Assembly (NCBI GenBank): GCA_036172245.1
Contig: JAYWIR010000001.1
Coordinates: 1,364,001-1,428,000 of the forward strand
Reading direction: 5' to 3'
Origin: Raillietiella orientalis
Taxonomy: Eukaryota
DNA length: 64,000 bases
Of this stretch, positions 49,927 through 60,915 are shown piece after piece. The position numbers and the translations under genes are program-made. The first letter of the stretch is position 1; each line of letters begins with the position of its first letter. The notes under the pieces were generated by a model. The model was not told the origin of the DNA and did not search any database. It was given only the letters and a program-made list of their open reading frames with translations.

Positions 49927-50172
49927 GATTCCCTCAGGCAAGGCTCGGAGATGTTTGCGGACGTCAAACCGTCACCAAATATCCTTTCTGCTTCCCTGCA
50001 GAACTCCATGCAAATCAGCCCAACAACTACCGCACAAATGGCAGCGGCGCTGGCAGCGTACCAGTCGCGTCTCAGTTTGAGTGGACAAACGCTGGTATCA
50101 GAGATAGGATATCCAGGTCCCATGCCTTCCTTGGAGCAAGTGGCTTTGCTCCAAGAATACCATTCCTTATGA
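49927..50172 (+). CDS. Six1/2 (so): Six1/2 terminal coding exon (predicted): DSLRQGSEMFADVKPSP...QVALLQEYHSL*
   Basis: T-rich tract and TTTTTGCAG|GAT acceptor in phase 0, matching exon 2. The S/P/Q/A-rich open frame ends in TGA TAA. The three exons sum to 677+160+246=1083 nt (360 aa plus stop). Confidence 0.78.
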   Translation, partial: DSLRQGSEMFADVKPSPNILSASLQNSMQISPTTTAQMAAALAAYQSRLSLSGQTLVSEIGYPGPMPSLEQVALLQEYHSL

Positions 50173-50392
50173 TAATCGTTCAGAAGGAAGACATGCCGTC
50201 CCAACCACATCTGCCTTCAAAGATTCCAAAAAAAAAAAAAAAAAAACCTTCAAGTCTGAGAATGATTTGGCAACTGCATGTACAGGGAAACTGGAAAATC
50301 GTGCGGAGTATGGTGACGCTGTACGGAAACATCTCGAAACTTATATACATTGCCATTCCTCCTACAAGTTTTTCCTATTGTTTAAGTTTGCG

Positions 50393-50404
50393 AATAAAAA
50401 TAAA
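50393..50404 (+). promoter_or_regulatory. Candidate polyadenylation signal of Six1/2 (tandem AATAAA)
   Basis: AATAAA at 50393-50398 and 50399-50404, about 220 nt after the stop codon, followed by GT/T-rich sequence. Confidence 0.5.
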
Positions 50405-52439
50405 GTTTATGAGTGTTCTTATAAAGACACGAGTCACCTTCGCATCTCATGGTTTCCAACGTTTCCAGTCGTGTGGGTTTCGAGTGCCATCTGTCTGCGT
50501 CGGCTGCGTTCTGCTGAACGCTTGGTTTTGCAGTCGAGCAGCCGCAGAACTTGGGGAGGGGGGGAGGGGGGGGGTCATTGCTGGCGTGTAAAGTGTGGTG
50601 GCCACGCGGAGATGGGGAATTCCCTGATGCCTTCTCGCAGGATCACAGGAACATCGCGTAAGAGTTCTGTACATCCCAGGATTTGCTCGACTTCCTTCCT
50701 TCAGTTGTGCACCAGTCGTACGAGGACTGCTCCGAAGCGTACGCAGCAGCCCGTTTTCCGCGATTCCTCAGAGATGTGTGTCTCGTGGTAACGCGTGGCA
50801 ACGCCGCAGCCGAGAAGCACGCGGCCGAAAAAGAACGTTCCATCCGACGCTGCTCCGTCGCAGGAAATCAGGTTTTGTTCGACATTTCAGGAAGGTGGAA
50901 GTGCGCAGGCACCGGTTCTTTCAACCAGGAGCATTCACGAGTCCTTATCTTGCTGCTATCGGTCTCTCACGCTGGCGATCCCTCGGCAGAGCGAGCGAGC
51001 AGCGAGAATAAAGAAAGATTGTATTGTGAGTTGCGAGCCGGGAAAAGGCGTGCTCGAATAGGGGTGCTCCAGTAGGGGGAGTGTTTGTCCTCGCCACTTC
51101 AATGAAGGCCGATCCCATGGAATGATGGAAAAATGGTGTCCTTTCTTTAAAAGAGGCGCTGATGGAGACTTTTGACGTGATTTTTTCCACGATGTACGCC
51201 TGAGTGATAAGTTCCATTCAAAAGAGGAAACTCAATGGCGACCCGAACTGAAACGAGGCGAAAGCAAAGATAGGCGGCCGCGGTCCTTGTCCTATCGAAC
51301 TCCGCGTCCCATGCTGTGATTCCCTAACACGTTCGCGGAGCCACATGCCAGGGGCAGCTCGCACCTCGGCCACTGCCCTTCAGACTTGGACATCATGACC
51401 TCCCTGTTGGCTTTTTTCGCAGCTCGAAGGGGTGCACTCTTTCTCGCACGGGAGTTCGTTCCGAAAGGGGGTCTCGCCTTCGCGACGCTCAAGTTTTCTC
51501 CTGCACGCTTTGACGGAGTTTCCCTTCAGCGACCAAAAGGACCCCGTTCTTTCGGAAAGGGACCTCCCCGCCATCCCAAGTGGAGATGGCCGCTGGCTCC
51601 GTCGCTGGCTGGCACGCGAGTTCGGACGCATGGAAACCGCGTGTGCTCTTAGTCATTTGCCCTGCTGTTCCACCCGTGCAGTGACTTTGGGTCACGCCAC
51701 TCAGCCGAGCACAGCATTTGATTCGCCCGTGAGGTGAGAATTCGAGCTCAGGTTCCGCTTCATACGAAGAACGGAGCCATGTCTGGATAGCGGAGTTTTC
51801 GGCAGCCGGGATGCGTTTTGCATGCTGTGCCTTCCTTGGCAACCTACAAAGAACTGCAGCCGTATCAGGAACCCTGTCCTTGGCAGCTTTATAAGGCTGG
51901 ACTCCTCACCCGTTTACTGGCGATTTTCGCACCTACCATCCAAACCGATACTCCCAGCAGAAGAACGGCGTGAAAGACTGGCCTCTCGCCACGATAAAAA
52001 CAGGGAAAAATAGGGCATGCAGTGTAATCTTGCATGAAAGTGCTCTAAAAACATTCACCAAGACTGCCGGATGTTTTTTTCTTTTGAACGAAAAAAAAAA
52101 AAACGCCAGTAGCGACCTCACGGCGAGATCGTTACTAGGGAGGTCTAGATGATTATCACCTGATCAGGCTGGGGCATGCTTTATAATAAATGGGGCATTT
52201 ATTATATAAAGCAATAAAAATACATTACTGTGGTAGAACCAAGGGTTCTACCACGTGCGATGAACCTGCCGAAGGGCGGTACGCAGACCGGCAAGGTCCG
52301 CTTCGGCAGCGTGGGGAAAGGGGAGGAAAAAAAATAAAGAAAATAAACAAACAAAAACAGGGAGGGAAAGTTCTACATGGGGTGGGGGACACAGTACGCT
52401 GCCCGGAGTCCTCTGCATCCTGTGCAGGATGCTGGTAAG

Positions 52440-55400
52440 TTCGTTCGTACGATGCCAGGCGGAGTCATCTCATGGTGGTCTTCGGGAAGATGCGCGTATA
52501 GCGGATGGCGTCCCTGCCACTTCGGCCTCTTCTTCTGACGTTCCGGGTCACCTTGATCCCGCAGGAACTGCGAGGGATGCGGCTGGCGGCAGTGCGGCAC
52601 CACGCGCGAAGAGGCATCTGAAAATGTTCCTGGGGTCGCCCACCATCGGGGATCGTAGAGTGGTTTCGAGGCCATGCCGAAAAGGTCGGAGGGCAGCACA
52701 GTCCAACAGCAGGCGCGTGAGGGTCTTCTTCTTCCCGCACCTGTCCCACTCAGCACCCGCCCTCCCCCGTGTCCAGTGGCGAAGGCCGCTCTTCGCACAG
52801 GATTCCCCCGTGAGCCACCGGCAACGCCGACTCCCTCCACTTGAAGGGGAGGGTTCCGCTGTTCCAGTACTCCAGAGGCTACTCCACCTCCTCCGGAGGG
52901 ATGTGGAGCAGCGCTCCCTCGCGTAGCAGTCCGTGGAGTGGGACACTGGGGGTCGCAGCGCACGTCGCTTCCCGACTTGTCCACGTCCCCAGAAGTTCTG
53001 TCTTTGCTGCTTTCCTTCTAGCTTTTTTCCTTCTCTGTTTCTCCAAGTGCTGAAGAGCCATACGCCTCCTTAGGGGGTACTCATGAAACTCTTGAGGCAC
53101 CCTCTACACCCCCCAAGAGCGCGTGTCACTCTTTAAGTTATAGGGACAGCTCTATAAGACCACCCAATGAAACCTCTTACGTTTGATGGGCAACCCCGAA
53201 GCCAACCCCCCCACTCTGGTTGTCTTCGAATGGAACGCTCAGGGAAACTGCTCCCTGTTACTTCTCTGAAGAGAAGAACCCCTAAGGGAGCAGCGCGCTT
53301 CTGACACTCTGGAGAGGCGAACCCCGAAGACGGTATCAAGCAGCTTCCTGGTACGACTCCATCTTTTCGAGCGAAGGGAACCCCGAAGGACTCCTTGATT
53401 CCTGGAATGACCACTGATGGTCACCTTCTAATCCCAGCTAGTCAGCGGGGTGATTCGGCTTCAACCAGTGTTGCACCTGAAGCCTATAATGCTAACCAGC
53501 GTCATCTTGTGAGGGGAATTGGAAATCCACGGCGCACCTCCGTTTGCCTGCCTCGATCCCTCTCCGGGCAGAATTGGAACCCTCAACAGTCGGTTCCACT
53601 CCGGCGGAGGACGCAGCCGGCCGCCAACACGGGCCGAGATGACCTCAGTCTTTCATCCTCCGGGTGAGAGAGACGGGACGTGAAGTTAGTGAGTTCGCAA
53701 GCGCTCGTGAGCGACCCCGCTTTCGTCTTGTCTTTCGGGAGGTTTGCGTGACCCTCATATCACACTTCGGGAAAGCTGTTGTTTCGCCGCCGACGTGCAA
53801 TTGTACGCGTCCACTTCCTCTTCCCGTTTCCGATGCTCCCGACGCTCAAAGTGACGTGCCCTTCCTCCCCTGGAGCAAGCCGAACCGGAAAGGAAAAAAA
53901 AACGCGAAATCCTGGCACCCTCCTCGTGTGCCACGAAATTCCCTTCCGGGACCTCGAGAGAGACCCTCCCACCCTTAGAAGCTGACCACGTTTGTGCTGA
54001 AGCTCATTCGGGCTACTAATTCTTACGAATAAGTGGACGCAAAATCCCTCCGGAGCGGTCACAGGTCTCACAAGAACGATGTCCTTAAACGGAGATGATC
54101 TAAATAGTGAGCTAAATATTGGATCTTTTTGCGTGGTGCGACTTCAGTGGACTTTAGTGGATTCCAGGGGGAAGGGAAAGGGAAACCTTCGAAAAATGGC
54201 ATTAGGAATGGCTTTCCTCACCGGGAGGGCTGGTGTGAGGTGGCGCTTCCCCGAACAGCGAGGTCGCCAAAGTCCGTCGCCGCAGGGCAGTAGAAGTCAT
54301 TTTTCTGGATGGCTAGCAATCTCTTTCCAGTCTTCTTATACAGGTAAGCAGGCGGACGGACACGCGGATGCGCCTATACAGGGAAGAGGAGGGAAGAGGA
54401 CCTCTTCCTTGGAAGATAGGGGCGACCTTCCAAGGCTGCGCGTGCATCTTGTGCTACTCGTGGCTGCAGAATCCGTTGGGCTCCAGAACGACCAGAGGCA
54501 GGAATGGCGCATGGTATTTGCTCGTCAGCCTTCTTCTTCTGGTCCCCCTCCTCCTCTTCCTCCCAGCACCCTTCTTTCAGGTAAACGGCGCAAGGGACAG
54601 TTGGATCGTGGCGACTTTTCCCGGTGCCTTCAGCGGGAAGATCGGTGAAAAACCCCCTTTCCTCAGTGGGCAGCGCAACGGTGCCTTCTCCGCAAGAAGG
54701 GGCTTCTGCGCTTGCGTGACTGCATGTAGAACAACGTCCGGGAAGAGCGGAGGGTTGTCTTGTGCACTTTTCTGATTGGTCGCGCCATTCTGAAAGTGGT
54801 TTCCGTAGATCTTCCTCTTGGCATCTCGAAAGCAAGAAGCCCCCAGCACCCTCAAATGAGGCAGGTGATCTGTCTTGAGCTGCTGCCATCTAACGCAGGG
54901 TAAGTCAACCTTGCTGGTCGCCCAGACGTTTTTGTGGCCGTTTCACGCAACTGTCGCGAAGTGCTAAGACAAGGAGCAGGCAACGATCACGAATAAGAAC
55001 TTTGTTCTTGAAAAATCGGTACTATGGGAACATGGAAGAATTTCCGGTCCATATTCTCTCCTTTTCTTCACGTTGTGAGTGGAGTATTTGCTTGCGGGTT
55101 TTTCTTTGTTCTCTTCTCGAAAATTCGAGTGCTCCTTGAACACACGAAGCATTCCTTGCCTCCCGAACCCGATCGCCACAGCTACAGTAGACATACATGA
55201 ACGATGCCACTCCATGGAAACACAGGGGCCGTTTATGAGCTGAGCCCCGAGTGTTTTCTCATAGCAATGGGGTGCGCGGTGCAAGTGGGCAAAAACTCTG
55301 CACCTCAGCGCGCACAGCTCTTGATTTGTTGCCTGCGGATGCTGTGTAAAAAAGCATACTGTGCACAGCGGCCGGACCACTTATTTTACCGAAGACTTCG

Positions 55401-57550
55401 AGTGCCGATAGTGCCCGGTGCCATTTTCTCCTGCATTCCTGCAGCTGTTTTTGGCAACAAAAAAAAAGAAAAGAAAAAGCGCATTGGTCGTCGTCCATGC
55501 TGTGGACATGAGTTATCCTGTCGACTTGCTCGGCGAGCAGCGCGTCCTCCAGGAAACACAATTCCTCGAAAATCCAGGCGCGTACTCTGAGGTTTGCCGA
55601 GGAAACGCCGGAAGCGCTGAACTGTCCGACCTCCTTTTCCTCTGGAGGAAGGAGGAAATGCCGGACCTTTCCCTCCACATGAGAAAGCAGTTCCTTATCC
55701 CACGTCTGGGTGGGCTGACTTCAATTCTCTCTGACTGAGAGGTCGAAAACCAGGCGGTGTAGCCGGGCAACCAAGCTCCTCAAATCTGCGGCGCTGTCAT
55801 CTGTTGTATCTCAAGCGTATCTTTGCTCGTGTGCTCTTTGTCTGCCACCCTTAGAATTCTGCACGAGGCTGTGATGTTTTCCTCGAGCGTCTTGCGCTGG
55901 GGTCCCTGTGGTCGAGCACAGGCAGCAGGTGGTGATGAACGCGATTCACAGATTGGCAGCACTGTTTGTAGTCAGGGCTTTCACCCAGAAAATGGTCCGC
56001 CGTGACTTCAGCAGTTTGCAGCCTCTTGTTCTTGAGGACGCGAGCCTCCTGAAGTTCCGAAAGATGCCACCACTTTCCCTTTTTGCCTGGATGCGCCTTG
56101 ATATCTACTGGGGAGGACACGGAGACAAGGTATGCCCAGAGGAGGGCACTTCTGTTCTGTGATCGACGTTGCCTCAGGCCTGCCGGAGGAGGTTCTTCGG
56201 AAATCCTGGAGGACAACGGGGAAGTCTGAAAGGTTTTGCTGGGTGTCTCAGACCCACCTTCCGGACCAGGTAGTAACTCGGAATCCTTCCTCCGCCTGGC
56301 AGAGCGGCAGAAGAGTACCTTCCATCTATCACTCGCCGAGGAGCCCTCTTCCGACCGGGTTCTCAGAGATTGTCCGCAGCCCGCTTCAGAGAGACACCCA
56401 CGTTGCCTTCCGCATTCCCACTGAAAGGAACTCCTCCCTTTCCTTTTTTCCCTTCCTTCAAGTGTTCGAGAATTTCAAGAAATCTTGAACTCCAAGGAGA
56501 CGCGCTATGAGCGTTTGGTCGGGAAGTCTCCACAGGCCTTCTGCGGAAGCCAGTCCAGTGGCTGACCAAAGGAAAGCTTCCTCCCTACAGAATATTTCTC
56601 TACCCTTCCCTCTACTTGGGTGACCCTCTACGTGAGGGTGCCGCTTTACCCCAAAGAAGATTTGTTTCCCGGGTTCCTCGCTCCTCTGCGCCTGCGCCCG
56701 CCTGGGATGAGCGGTTCCGATCGGGGAGTAGCAGCAGCCGTTCAGGGAGTCGTCCGGACGTCAGAGGAAGCTGCTGGAAGTTCCGGTCCAGGAAAGATGC
56801 GTCTCTCCACTTGATCTCCTTCTCTCTTTCCAGCCCCGGAGATCTCGGTTTCTTCTTCCCCCCGTCCGCCGCATCGCTTGCGTGCTCCCGCGCAACGCCC
56901 TCTTTTCATGGACACGGCAGCCAGCTCGCGTGCTGCTGCATCAGGAATCCTGAATGCAGCTGCAGCATCCGACCTGCGGAAAACAAACGCGATCGCATCA
57001 TCATCACCTGTGCAAACGGAACCGCCGATGCGTCTGGCCGCCGGCGGGAAGGCAGAGTCAGTACCACCTGCAATCTTCAACGCTCCGAGAGAACGCCGCT
57101 GATGCCGGGAACGCGAAAGATGTCCGCCAGAAAGGCGGGAAGAAAATTCGCGGGGAGGCAGGAACGCGGGATGAAAGAAGGCAAGGTGAGCACACGGATC
57201 TTGCTGGGACCGGATGCCCACCCCGGGGATGTAAACATCCAAGTGGATTCCAAAAGTGGCGCCGCAACCTGAGAAAGTGGGAGAGCATTGGGGTCCCTGA
57301 GGAGAACTCGATGAGACCGCCACGCCCCCGAAATCCTCCTGTCGGCGGACGATGACGAAGGCGTTCACCCCAGCGCCCCCTTCCGAAGAAAAGCTCAACA
57401 TCCCGGAATCGGGACGGACATCCTGAGAAGAGAGAAAGGCAAATGGGGATGAGGAAGTGGGGGAGAATCGACCGACTTTCATTGCGGAAGTGCAGGCAGT
57501 CCCGTGGACTTCCGGCCGTTACATTAGAAGCAGTGGACTGAGGCGGCGCA
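52440..57550 (-). mobile_element. Decayed L1/Tx1-like non-LTR retrotransposon ORF2 (endonuclease, RT, C-terminal Zn-knuckle), interrupted by insertions
   Basis: Motif remnants occur in collinear order on the minus strand. Endonuclease: SNV, FLSSQD, GGVAV, LDVYIP, GGH (57000-57540). RT: PGPEG, LLKSRRTI..DYK..NRVHHHLLPVLDHRD, RGIRNC (55680-56280). Then LRKGGF (about 54660) and DRCGKKKTLTRLLLDC (about 52700-52745). Many frameshifts. Confidence 0.6.
53022..53636 (-). mobile_element. SINE-like family copy 8, nested in a LINE relic
   Basis: CCAAGTGCTGAAG..CGCCTCCTTAGGGGGTACTCATGAAACTCTT as in copy 1. The head region reads AACCAGCGTCATCTTG..GATCCCTCTCCGGGCAGAATTGGAAC..GCCAACACGGGCC. Confidence 0.78.
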
Positions 57551-57999
57551 GTTGACTTCAAGCCGTGGAGGAGAAGTTGGTCGCCCCCTCGCACATCAAA
57601 GTGGAACGCGCGTCGCGGGCTCCGAGCGCTCCTTCTTCCTCTCCAGCCTCCCTCTGGGTCCTGTGCCTCGGAAGAGAAGGCTGGCACACATGGATGCGAT
57701 CCTCATAAAAGAACTAAACGTCTTTTTTCCTCCTCTTCCTTCCTTCCACCTCCCTTCCTCTTCCTCCTTTCCTCTTACTCCCTTCCTCCTCCCTTCCTCT
57801 CCCGTTAATCCCTTCGCTCGTGGCTGGAACCGAAAGCTCCTAGATGACTCCTGGATGAGACCTGGAACAGCGGGAACACGAGCGGAAAAACAGGAACTCT
57901 TGGTTGGAGAGGACCGCGGGGCAGAAGAGGCAATAAGAAGGGGAGGGAAGGGAAATCTGGGATATTTTTGACGTTTCCAGGACAAAGAGCCCCGAGGCT

Positions 58000-60680
58000 G
58001 GCGGCTGTAACGGCCGTTGACAAGCCGGGGCGAGAGGCATCTGCGGGACCCCAGCGGGGGGAAGCAAGAAGGGGTGAGAGGAGGGGGCAGGGCTCCGCAC
58101 AGCACCCGTTGCCATGGAAGTCACCGTGCGCGTGCTGACTCGGTTGGCTGGCGGCCTTTGTGCTCTCCGGGGCACCGGCGAGAGCCCCCGGCCCGCGGGC
58201 GACAGCGGGAACGGGCAGCGCCCCGCCGAGCTTCCCGCCGTCGCTCCCCACGAACGAGTCAATCAGTGGCTTGAATGGGGGCGGGGACGGGGATAGCCCC
58301 CCCTCCCCCTCTCCCCGGCCGCGGGTGAGAAGAAAGGCCCGAGGACGGGTCGCTCGCGCCGCTCCTTGGGGAAGCCGCGCCCCACTCTTCGGGACGCGGG
58401 GGAACGACAATGCTAGCTCCCCCTCCCCCCTTTCACCCCTCTCCGCCCGCCCCCGGCCCGTCTCCCGGCGCGCGTGCTGCCGAGGGGCGCCCGCCCTTCG
58501 CGCCCGCCGCCGCCCCCTCGTGGTTCCCGGAGCGCCGCCGCAACGAGTCGCAATTTGCGGGGGCGTGAAATGCCAGGGGCAGTCGGCCGGAACGCGCACG
58601 AGGGGGCGTCCGGCCGACACCTCCCCAGCAGCGCGGGAAACGCGAGGGACGGTGAGGAAGCGGCCGCCGCACTCCCCCCCGCGGCGCGCGCACGAGGCTC
58701 CTTCACGGGCCTCGTCGCACTCGCCGTCCCGCCAGCTCAAGCCCACCGGCGGTCTCGCGGGGAGCGGAGGTGCTGCCAGCCGCTCCTTCCCCGGACCCCC
58801 CCCGACCTCTCCTGGATAGCGGCAATTGAGGTGGAGCGACCTGTCACCCCGACTTCGGGACCAGGAAAGGAAAGGGGGGAGATTCTCAACAAGTTTCTCT
58901 TCCTCCCTCGCTTCTCCTTCCCTCCCTCCTCTTCCCTTCCTCTTACTCTAACTTTCCTCCTTCTTTCCTCTACCCTTCCTTCTCTTCCTACCTGCCTCCT
59001 CGTCTTTCTCTCCCTTGCTCCTCCTCCTCCTCCTCCTTGTTCATCCCCTCTTCTCCCTCCCTTTCCTGGGAGCGAGTGCTTACGGGCGAACTCCCGATCT
59101 CTCCGGGCAGGTCGCGCAAGCGGAAGCCGGTTTCCACAGCGACGACGGGGCCATGGAACTGCGGGCGTGGTGCAGACGCGGCGGGCCGTGGATGCCGCGC
59201 CGCGGAGTCGATCGCATCTTCTCGAGCCAAAGCGGGACCGCGCGCGCCGCGGCGGCGGGATGCGGGGGGAGCGACCAGTCAGCTCTCCCTCCCAGGACGG
59301 AGCGAAGGGCACCCCGGAGGGCGGAGCGAAAGCCGCGCGGCGCGACCGCCTGCGCAGTTTCCGCGCGAGAGCTCCAGATGCGCGCCGGAGCCCGCGCACG
59401 CGGTCACTCCCCCTTCCTCCCCCTTCTTGCTCGGGGAATGAGGAGGGCCCGACTGCCTGGGGCGTGGCTGCAGGGCGATAAGTCTGCGACCGGCAACCGC
59501 GGACAGCGGCCTGTGGCGCACACGAAGCAATCGTCCCGGAACCCCTGGGTCCCAGGCTCCCTTCTGGGCCATCCAGGAGCGCTGCTCTCATCCTGGCGGG
59601 ATGATCCCGCGCCGCCGAGTAGGCAGAAGGGGTCACGCCCCTTCCCGGAAGCGCTGACGAGGTGGTGCTGGGAAAGGGCGCGGCTCCACGGCGAAAGGGT
59701 CGCCTCACCACAACCCGCCTGCACAGGGCTCGCCAGCACCGCGGCATCGAGGGGAGGGGAAAGGGGATCTCTCTGGTTGACCGTCGAGCTTGGATGGTCA
59801 GGTGAATCGCGCGCGCGCGCGCGTCGCGCCAGCTGCTGCGACTCCGGCGGCACGTGGGACCTTTGTTCGACGGCCTTCGTGATCCCCGTCCTCCCCCTGC
59901 TCTTTAAGGCGGAGGGAGCAAGGAGGGGGTGATCTGGGAGGGCGCGACCCGCGGAGTCGGTGAGGTCTCGGCCGGGGTTGCGAGGTGCGTCGGCTCAGTT
60001 TCCACCGGGAAACCGCTGAAGGGGGTCTCACCCTCGAGCATAGGAAGAGTCCATATGGTCGGACGCGCTCCCCCCCTCCCCCATCTCCCGCGGCCTACCG
60101 AGGGCTTGTGGGCCTGGCGGTCCGCTCGTGTCTTCCGAGGCAGCACCGGCGCATGCGCACGCCGAGCAGAAGGGAGGTGCGCGCACGCACCCAGAAGGGA
60201 AGACGCACGCACTGCGCTCGCACGCACAGATGAGAGAGGGAGAGATCTCATCCCCGCGCTCGCATCTGCCTCTTCTTCCCTGCTTTCTTTCCTTTCTCAT
60301 CCCCCTCCCCCCCTCGCTCCCTTTTTCTCTTCTCCTCCTCCCCTCTCTTCGTCATCGTCATCGCTCTATCGATCGGTTTCTCTCGTTCGTTTGACGGCGA
60401 AGCGCCAACCCTGCGGCTGGCTGGCGCAAGCGGTTTGCAGTCCAGAGGGAGGATCGCCCGCGCACCGAAAGCCCCGCCCCTCCCCGTTCCCAGCTCTTCC
60501 ACAGATGCGGAGCAAAGGGAGGGACGCGGGAAGCGAGGAAGCCGGAAAAGCTGCTTTCGGACCACGCGGCCGAGGTGGCGGCGTTCCGGCGCGCGGGGGA
60601 ACCCGGGAGGCGCGGTCCCTGTCATTCGCGTAGCTGTTTCGAGGTGCGCGCGCGTGGGGCGACGGGAGCGGGAAGAAGGC
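58000..60680. promoter_or_regulatory. Second CpG-rich island-like region, possibly a promoter or enhancer; no coding exon recognised
   Basis: Very high GC and CG density, comparable to the Six1/2 promoter region. Confidence 0.35.
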
Positions 60681-60727
60681 CTCGACCATACCTCCGGTGA
60701 GAGAGGGGTGAGTTCGAAATGTTTCTC

Positions 60728-60915
60728 AGAGAGGAGGAGGAAGGTAAGAAGAGAAGAAGGAAAAAGGAGGAGGAGGAGGAAAGCAGGAGGAGGAAAAGGA
60801 GGAAGAAAAGGTAGAGGAAGGCAGGAAGAGAAGAAGGAGGAAAAGAAGAGCAGGAAGGAAGGAAGAGAAGGAAGAGGAAGGGAAGAGGAGGAAGAGGAGG
60901 AGAAGGAAGAGAGAA
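60728..60915. repeat. Polypurine (GA-rich) low-complexity tract; similar tracts at about 22290-22380, 28020-28090 and 32345-32430, with pyrimidine-rich tracts at 57720-57805 and 58890-59065
   Basis: Almost pure A/G (or C/T) sequence over 70-190 bp. Confidence 0.85.
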
